Source: an uncultured virus (IMG/VR IMGVR_UViG_3300047094_001965) (taxonomy: Duplodnaviria > Heunggongvirae > Uroviricota > Caudoviricetes). Taken from it: a stretch of 20,000 bases of DNA. This document shows positions 15,157-20,000 of the stretch, in pieces (the first letter of the stretch is position 1; every line of letters begins with the position of its first letter). The notes beneath the pieces were generated by a model. The model was not told where the DNA came from. It ran no database searches and saw only the letters and a list, made by a program, of their open reading frames with translations. The stretch lies in the IMG/VR virus record IMGVR_UViG_3300047094_001965. One strand, written 5' to 3'. The translations under genes and the position numbers were made by a program.

Positions 15157-15163
15157 GGTGCCA

Positions 15164-15180
15164 AGTTACATTCAGTAACC
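15164..15180 (-). promoter_or_regulatory. copy 4 of the 17-bp motif (sense GGTTACTGAATGTAACT), overlapping TAACTTGG (1-mismatch -7 element), 7 nt before the first ATG of the structural operon
   Basis: Exact GTTAC-N5-GTAAC core in the divergent intergenic region. Confidence 0.7.
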
Positions 15181-15220
15181 TTGTTTTGACATTTTTTTCC
15201 CAATTCATGCTAAAAAACAA

Positions 15221-15252
15221 TTTATTCACTGGGGTTACACTATGTATCTTTG
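15221..15252 (+). promoter_or_regulatory. Bacteroidota housekeeping-type promoter (-33-like TTTA at 15221-15224; -7 TATCTTTG at 15245-15252) overlapped by copy 5 of the motif (15233-15249, GGTTACACTATGTATCT)
   Basis: Exact TAnnTTTG match with a TTTG-like element 20 nt upstream, at the head of the plus-strand arm. Confidence 0.7.
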
Positions 15253-15282
15253 GAAACAAGTTAGGGTCAGTAAACAGAATGC

Positions 15283-15312
15283 GGGCCGGGGTTTCTACCC
15301 CAGCCTCTTTTT
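15283..15312 (+). terminator. GC-rich hairpin followed by a T-tract (intrinsic terminator / attenuator-like)
   Basis: GGGCCGGGGT-TTCT-ACCCCAGCCT forms a 10-bp stem with one mismatch, followed by CTTTTT. Confidence 0.55.
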
Positions 15313-15326
15313 AAAAACCATGAAGT

Positions 15327-15704
15327 ATGAAGGAGCTTGAAAACGGACATCCTGAATTCGCCAAAGAAAAGACAGAGATCCACGCTGTCGCTCAGGTCAA
15401 CACTGAGAAGAAACACGAAGGCAGGATGACGATAAAGAGAGGGCAAAAAGTGTGGGAGATCGATCCTAAAACCCGAGAGTGCACGGAGGTAATTGCAAAA
15501 AATGCAAGTTACGAATCCAGAGAGAGAAGCATAGGCATAATTGTTCGCCAAGCCGAAGCCAAACAAGGCATGGTTTACATAGTAGCAATCAACAAAGCCA
15601 ATGCCCTGAGGAAGATGGATAAGATGTTCAGCGATTACCGGCAAGCATTATTAAACCACATAAAACAAACCACAACCGATGACATTCAACCTGGTGAGGC
15701 ATGA
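15327..15704 (+). CDS. hypothetical protein, 125 aa
   Basis: First ORF of the plus-strand arm; no family recognised. Confidence 0.75.
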   Translation: MKELENGHPEFAKEKTEIHAVAQVNTEKKHEGRMTIKRGQKVWEIDPKTRECTEVIAKNASYESRERSIGIIVRQAEAKQGMVYIVAINKANALRKMDKMFSDYRQALLNHIKQTTTDDIQPGEA

Positions 15705-16002
15705 GCCAACTCAGATGTACTACTGGAAAGAAAGCACGTATGACAGACTTGTTGACGCTGAATTCATATCCTTCCAAGGCGATGTTGACGGATTTGAACT
15801 AAAAGACGGAAAGACCTACGTGACAACGATGCCGGGCGCCTGCTTTGTCTACAGGAGACAGGGCACCTACAGACCCTTAGAGATTATTACCCGAGAATCC
15901 CACCTTATCGAAATACTTGGAGACGATGTAATCACCATTGGCATCAATGTCGTGATCAACACCCTCAATCCAAACCCTATCGAAGTTTCTAAAATTCTTT
16001 AA
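15679..16002 (+). CDS. hypothetical protein, 107 aa
   Basis: Co-directional ORF with an AC-rich leader, overlapping the previous gene by 26 nt; start is uncertain. Confidence 0.65.
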   Translation: MTFNLVRHEPTQMYYWKESTYDRLVDAEFISFQGDVDGFELKDGKTYVTTMPGACFVYRRQGTYRPLEIITRESHLIEILGDDVITIGINVVINTLNPNPIEVSKIL

Positions 16003-16013
16003 GAACCGGAGTT

Positions 16014-16646
16014 ATGAAACCAATTCTTTTTTCAACACCAATGGTGCAGGCAATATTGGCCGGAAGAAAAACGCAGACGAGGCGGCTGGTAAAATTTCCA
16101 GATGATTTTGATGGAAGAGAAGTTTATAAAAATGGTCAGTTTGGAGTTAAATACAGCCGTGAAGATGGGACCCTTTACCGACATTATCCAAAGTACCAAC
16201 CCGGCGACATCCTGTATGTGCGGGAGACGTGGCAAGTTGTAAGATATGCGCCGCCCGGATCTTCACAGCTTCAGGATTTGTATGTTTTTAAGGCCGATAC
16301 CACCGATGTTGGCGAGTACGAGATAACCAAATGGAAGCCATCCCTATTCATGCCAAAAGAAGCCGCCCGGATATTCCTTCAGGTTACAGATGTAAGGGCT
16401 GAACGGTTGCAGGATATCACCGAGGAAGATGCTATTGCGGAGGGGGTTGAATCATTTCTTGAACACAATGGAAGGCTTTACAGAGACTATTCAATCGATC
16501 CCGAAGATAACGAGGGTCACAACTACTTCAGAAATCAAATTCATTCTTTTAAATCACTCTGGGACAGTATCAACAAAAAGACCAGCCCATGGGAAAAGAA
16601 CGATTGGGTTTGGGTTTATACATTCAAAACAATACAGAAGCCATGA
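16014..16646 (+). CDS. ASCH/PUA-like domain phage protein, 210 aa
   Basis: MKPILFSTPMVQAILAGRKTQTRR, PGDILYVRETW, WKPSLFMPKEAARIFLQVTDVRAERLQDITEEDAIAEG and F..LWDSIN..W..N.WVWV.F are hallmark blocks of this widespread phage family. Confidence 0.85.
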   Translation: MKPILFSTPMVQAILAGRKTQTRRLVKFPDDFDGREVYKNGQFGVKYSREDGTLYRHYPKYQPGDILYVRETWQVVRYAPPGSSQLQDLYVFKADTTDVGEYEITKWKPSLFMPKEAARIFLQVTDVRAERLQDITEEDAIAEGVESFLEHNGRLYRDYSIDPEDNEGHNYFRNQIHSFKSLWDSINKKTSPWEKNDWVWVYTFKTIQKP

Positions 16647-17011
16647 TGATCGACACACACCTTAACACATGGGAAGCAAATAATCTAATGCACCAGTCAT
16701 TGGAAGATGACAAAGAATTACAATTGCTGGCGTCTCTCGCTAATGCAAAATTTGCAAGTTTGGGTAAATCAGTGAGGATCCTCCTAAAACCTAAAGGGCT
16801 GCAATACGCTACTGGGTATTTATGGTGGCGCAAAGTACGCAATGTAACCAGGTATGAGCTTATTCACTTGTACACCTTTAAAGACAAGCAGCCCATGTTC
16901 AAATCTTACAACTGGCCTTCTATTCCCGGCGATGAAAACAAAGGTTCGTTTCGCCCGTATGGAACACCTGGTCAAGTAAAAACCTATCTCGAAGCAATAA
17001 CTAACATCTAA
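16643..17011 (+). CDS. hypothetical protein, about 122 aa (start MMIDTH; the ORF track extends it to 16589)
   Basis: ATGA overlap with the upstream stop at 16643-16646; its stop lies 1 nt before the GroES start. Confidence 0.7.
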   Translation: MMIDTHLNTWEANNLMHQSLEDDKELQLLASLANAKFASLGKSVRILLKPKGLQYATGYLWWRKVRNVTRYELIHLYTFKDKQPMFKSYNWPSIPGDENKGSFRPYGTPGQVKTYLEAITNI

Positions 17012-17012
17012 T

Positions 17013-17282
17013 ATGAATTATGTACCTATCGGCGGCAGGGTCTGCATCCTGCCAGAGAAACGAAAAGAAAAGACAGAAGGCGGCCTGATCATCCCCGACA
17101 AGGCCCAAAAGGACGAAGGCCGCGGGATTATCCAGTCCGTATCTGCAGACATCGAAAACCCGCAGATCAAGACAGGGGATAAAGTGATCTACAACCTTGG
17201 CCGGGTATTCGCACTGGAACAGGAAGGCGTACTGTACCACGTGGTTAACTACGAAGAAGTGTATGCCGTTTTACCACAATAA
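17013..17282 (+). CDS. groES: single-domain GroES (Cpn10) co-chaperonin, 89 aa
   Basis: PIGGRVCI...EKTEGGLIIPDKAQK...G.I..V...IKTGDKVIY...EGVLYHVVNYEEVYAVL matches the Cpn10 pattern and length. Confidence 0.85.
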   Translation: MNYVPIGGRVCILPEKRKEKTEGGLIIPDKAQKDEGRGIIQSVSADIENPQIKTGDKVIYNLGRVFALEQEGVLYHVVNYEEVYAVLPQ

Positions 17283-17293
17283 AAACAACAACG

Positions 17294-17893
17294 ATGGCAA
17301 AGGTTACCATTAGCGAGAAATACTTTTTGGAACTGGTTAACAAAAAGTCCAAAGAAATAGAAAGTCTAAGGGCATCGGAAGAAAGGGCTTGGAACTTTCT
17401 CCACGAATCCAATGATGAAAAAAAGGAGTTTTGGCAAGAGCTTCAAACCCTCAGAGCAGTTCAAAAGGAATACGATGAATTGAAATCAAAGCCAACCCTT
17501 TTCTCCAACGTAAGCGTTGAGGAAATTATTAGCAACTATCTGGAAGAAAAGTTTGATGGATCTGTTAAGATTGACGGAATAAGACACCCTATCCTGAAGT
17601 TTCAGAACGTGTCATCGGTAAATTCCGAAGGCGGACGTGATAGTTTTAGGATGGCATTGGTTGTTTTCCCTGGTGATTGGCCGGACAATTACAATGCGCT
17701 TACTGCTGATACAGAGCCAAACAATGCGCCAAAATTTACTGAAGATGAATACAAAGCAGGCCACTTTGTAAATGAGGAAGTTTATTTTGGCAAGACACCC
17801 ACCCAAGACACAGACGGAGCAGACGACATCCCTTCCACTGTAGGTGGCCGCCCTGCTACGGATATCCAGCCTTACGAAAACCACGACTGGTAA
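17294..17893 (+). CDS. hypothetical protein with N-terminal coiled coil and acidic C-terminal tail, 199 aa
   Basis: Composition of the ORF; TAATG-coupled to the HD gene. Confidence 0.7.
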   Translation: MAKVTISEKYFLELVNKKSKEIESLRASEERAWNFLHESNDEKKEFWQELQTLRAVQKEYDELKSKPTLFSNVSVEEIISNYLEEKFDGSVKIDGIRHPILKFQNVSSVNSEGGRDSFRMALVVFPGDWPDNYNALTADTEPNNAPKFTEDEYKAGHFVNEEVYFGKTPTQDTDGADDIPSTVGGRPATDIQPYENHDW

Positions 17894-18399
17894 TGGAAAA
17901 CCTATATACACCCAACAGCATCCGCACCTACTCAGGGCTGTACTTCAATTACCTTAATCCCACCACAGAGATGGTGAAGATCGAGGACATTGCGCACGCC
18001 CTGAGCCGTATCCCCCGTTTCCTTGGCCATACAGAACACCCAGTACCCGTTGCCGTACACTGCTTGGCCATGGCCGCCACCCTTCATGAGGTGGGATCTC
18101 CATACGCCTTGGAGGCCTTGCTACATGACGCCGCCGAAGCATACCTATGCGACATTCCTAAGCCTTTGAAAACGCTATTGCCGGACTACCAGAAGTTGGA
18201 GGAAATCGTTAACCGCGTCATCGCCACCAAATTCAAACTTATGTACCCATTCCGGAAATCGGTTCGAGACCAGGACAAGGAAATGCTGGAACTTGAATGG
18301 GAGATCAACGTACTGGGTAAAAAGCCGGCGATGATGAATTTGACACCTGGTGAATACAAGGCTAAATTTTTGGAGTATTACGAACTTTTGAAACGGTAG
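17893..18399 (+). CDS. HD-domain phosphohydrolase (YfbR/YfdR-like 5'-deoxynucleotidase family), 168 aa
   Basis: IEDIAHALSRIPRFLGH, VAVHC, ALLHDAAEAYLCDIPKPLK and a downstream D (DQDKEML). Confidence 0.85.
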   Translation: MENLYTPNSIRTYSGLYFNYLNPTTEMVKIEDIAHALSRIPRFLGHTEHPVPVAVHCLAMAATLHEVGSPYALEALLHDAAEAYLCDIPKPLKTLLPDYQKLEEIVNRVIATKFKLMYPFRKSVRDQDKEMLELEWEINVLGKKPAMMNLTPGEYKAKFLEYYELLKR

Positions 18400-18415
18400 T
18401 TACTATTTGTAACTA
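18397..18415 (+). promoter_or_regulatory. copy 6 of the motif: perfect inverted repeat TAGTTAC-TATTT-GTAACTA in the intergenic gap after the HD gene
   Basis: 7-bp arms with a 5-nt spacer; overlaps the TAG stop and lies about 43 nt upstream of the next ATG. Confidence 0.7.
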
Positions 18416-18457
18416 TACGATAGAGAAAATTATTCTGGACTACATAAGCAAAAAGCC

Positions 18458-18799
18458 ATGACAGCAGAAGAAAAAGCAAAGGAATTGTACCATAAGCCGT
18501 ATCCTGAGAAATCAGACGACTATGTCCCAAATATGTTTGCCATGCAATCAAGAAAAGACTTCATCGCAGGCGCAAACTGGCAAGCATCCCAACACGAGTG
18601 GGTGAAGTGTTCGGAGCGATTGCCTAAATTTTCTGATGGTGATGCCGATGATCTTGTTGATGTTGCCAGATGGTCATCCTACGAAAAAAGATGGGTAAGG
18701 TGTGCTGCAATGCATTGGGCAAACTTACAAATGTACCCAGACTTTATCTGGTGCAAGCGAAATGTTAACTTTCCTGAACCTCCAAAAACAGAGATATGA
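18458..18799 (+). CDS. DUF551-like phage protein, 113 aa
   Basis: FIAGANWQ, WVKCSERLP and a C-terminal W...FPEPP pattern. Confidence 0.6.
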   Translation: MTAEEKAKELYHKPYPEKSDDYVPNMFAMQSRKDFIAGANWQASQHEWVKCSERLPKFSDGDADDLVDVARWSSYEKRWVRCAAMHWANLQMYPDFIWCKRNVNFPEPPKTEI

Positions 18800-19137
18800 C
18801 CACACAACAGATAGAAGTACTTGCCCGGTTTGACGGGTGGAAGAAGATGCAAGGCGGTTACAGAAAAATGAAAACTGTTTTCAACAAGGCTTTAGACGAA
18901 GAAATAGAGGTGCCGGAAGACAGAAGGGATGAAACAATTTGGAAGTATTTCACATCCCCTGGCGTGTTGATTGAAATGCGAATAATGCTGGGTAAAAAAA
19001 TACTTGTCTTGCCTGAACCATTTAAAAGAAGGCAATTAATGGAAATGATTATGAGCATTGGAGAAGATATACTTCTTAAAGACTACACCGCAGCCGCGAT
19101 AAAGACAAGTGAAATAATACAAAAATTGGAAGCATGA
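18796..19137 (+). CDS. hypothetical protein, 113 aa
   Basis: ATGA overlaps at both ends. Confidence 0.75.
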   Translation: MTTQQIEVLARFDGWKKMQGGYRKMKTVFNKALDEEIEVPEDRRDETIWKYFTSPGVLIEMRIMLGKKILVLPEPFKRRQLMEMIMSIGEDILLKDYTAAAIKTSEIIQKLEA

Positions 19138-19382
19138 AGACAGCAATGAAAAATCTAATCGAAAAGATAGCATACGAAAACGAGTTTGGAACATGGATGA
19201 CTGGGCTTGTTGAAGATTCTAATATTTCAGATATGGTTGAAAAAGCCTTAAAAGAAGAACGCCAGCAGATAGAGGATGCTTGGGATACAGCATACCAAGC
19301 TGGTAGGTTTGAAGGGAAAGGAATAGCAAAGGAAAACTGGCAGACATTTGATAATTACTTCACCGAAAAATTTGAACAATGA
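19134..19382 (+). CDS. small phage hypothetical protein, 82 aa
   Basis: ATGA overlaps. MKTAM..LIE...A...E.QQIEDAW...YF.E.F resembles small Bacteroidota-phage proteins (recall). Confidence 0.75.
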   Translation: MKTAMKNLIEKIAYENEFGTWMTGLVEDSNISDMVEKALKEERQQIEDAWDTAYQAGRFEGKGIAKENWQTFDNYFTEKFEQ

Positions 19383-19969
19383 ACAACTGGATTAAAAAAC
19401 ATAGAGTATGTTATTCAACAGGAACGCCAATAGGCGAATGGGCCATCCCTGTCTCAGCCCTTGAGGAACTATTCTCAAAGTCCGGCGAGCAGTTAGCTAG
19501 GGATTATGCTGTTTCTATGGGTTTTAAATTAGAATTAGTGAGTGGAGGAGATATAATGCGATCCTTCATCGAAGCATACAACATTCAAGAAGTGAAGATA
19601 GCAAGCAGTATGCTCGATATTGATTCATTGCTGTCTGAATTTAAGCGTCAAGGCTTCAATGTTGATAATTGGGATGGTGAACAAGGGGCAGAAAAGGCAA
19701 TCGTTGATGGGGTAAGTGTTGTTGTATCAGAGTTGAAGAAAGAACGAGATGCTTATTACGATGAACTTCATGCCAAAAGAATAGAGGTGGAGAGGTTGAA
19801 GTCGGTTATTCAAGGCTATGCGCCAAATATTACAGACCCTAATGCCTGTAAACAATGCGGAGGCGAAGGAGGATGGTATGAAGATGTAGCAGGAGATGGA
19901 TTAGGCAGTATGTGGATCAGTTGCGATGAGTGCGGAGAAGATGATGAACCATTAAACCCACAACCATGA
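19379..19969 (+). CDS. hypothetical protein with coiled coil and C-terminal Zn-finger (CKQCGGEG...CDEC), 196 aa
   Basis: Two CxxC pairs, the first in a DnaJ-type CxxCxGxG context; ATGA overlaps. Confidence 0.7.
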   Translation: MNNWIKKHRVCYSTGTPIGEWAIPVSALEELFSKSGEQLARDYAVSMGFKLELVSGGDIMRSFIEAYNIQEVKIASSMLDIDSLLSEFKRQGFNVDNWDGEQGAEKAIVDGVSVVVSELKKERDAYYDELHAKRIEVERLKSVIQGYAPNITDPNACKQCGGEGGWYEDVAGDGLGSMWISCDECGEDDEPLNPQP

Positions 19970-20000
19970 GAGAATTAAAATACCCCTGCACGTGCAGCAG
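19966..20000 (+). CDS. start of a CDS running off the right edge (MRELKYPCTCS...)
   Basis: ATGA overlap with the previous stop; open to the window end, but only 11 codons are visible. Confidence 0.5.
   Translation, partial: MRELKYPCTCS

Noticed and set aside
15267..19058. Minus-strand ORFs in the right arm (15267..15644, 16624..16842, 17001..17240, 17612..17911, 17954..18142, 18858..19058)
   Set aside because: They lie antisense to coupled plus-strand genes, several of which have clear family motifs.
19379..19969. DnaJ chaperone call, which would pair with the GroES genes
   Set aside because: Only one CxxCxGxG plus one CxxC is present, with no HPD-containing J-domain. Such Zn-fingers are common in small phage proteins.
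1..20000. Stop-codon reassignment, as in some crAss-like phages
   Set aside because: Standard-code ORFs tile the window densely, and TAA, TGA and TAG all end genes at sensible junctions.
1..20000. CRISPR array, tRNA, rRNA, integrase or transposase
   Set aside because: There is no regularly spaced repeat-spacer pattern, intergenic gaps are short with no tRNA-like sequence, and no recombinase motifs were recognised.

Overview
This window looks like part of a tailed dsDNA phage genome, probably a podovirus-type (crAss-like tail organisation) infecting Bacteroidota. The host inference rests on a TAnnTTTG promoter, A-rich translation starts lacking Shine-Dalgarno motifs, and an esterase domain resembling Bacteroidota ones. 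Two arms diverge from a control region at about 15157-15326. The minus-strand arm (15156 to 1) is a tightly packed virion operon: a tandem double-GroES protein, three ring/adaptor-like proteins, a mosaic tail-fibre block (including a kelch-like propeller protein and a repeat-scaffold protein carrying an esterase and a beta-propeller), a 1119-aa muzzle/stabilisation-like protein and probable ejection proteins. The plus-strand arm (15327 to 20000) holds small accessory genes: ASCH-like, a second single-domain GroES, an HD hydrolase, DUF551-like and a Zn-finger protein. Three observations stand out. (1) A 17-bp quasi-palindrome RGWTAC-N5-GTAWCY occurs six times, always oriented with transcription and at or near gene starts. 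(2) A tandem GroES plus a single GroES recall the plastid Cpn20/Cpn10 pair. (3) The fibre gene's esterase and propeller domains are flanked by in-frame DNA direct repeats. All functional calls come from motif recognition and gene context, not from database searches.
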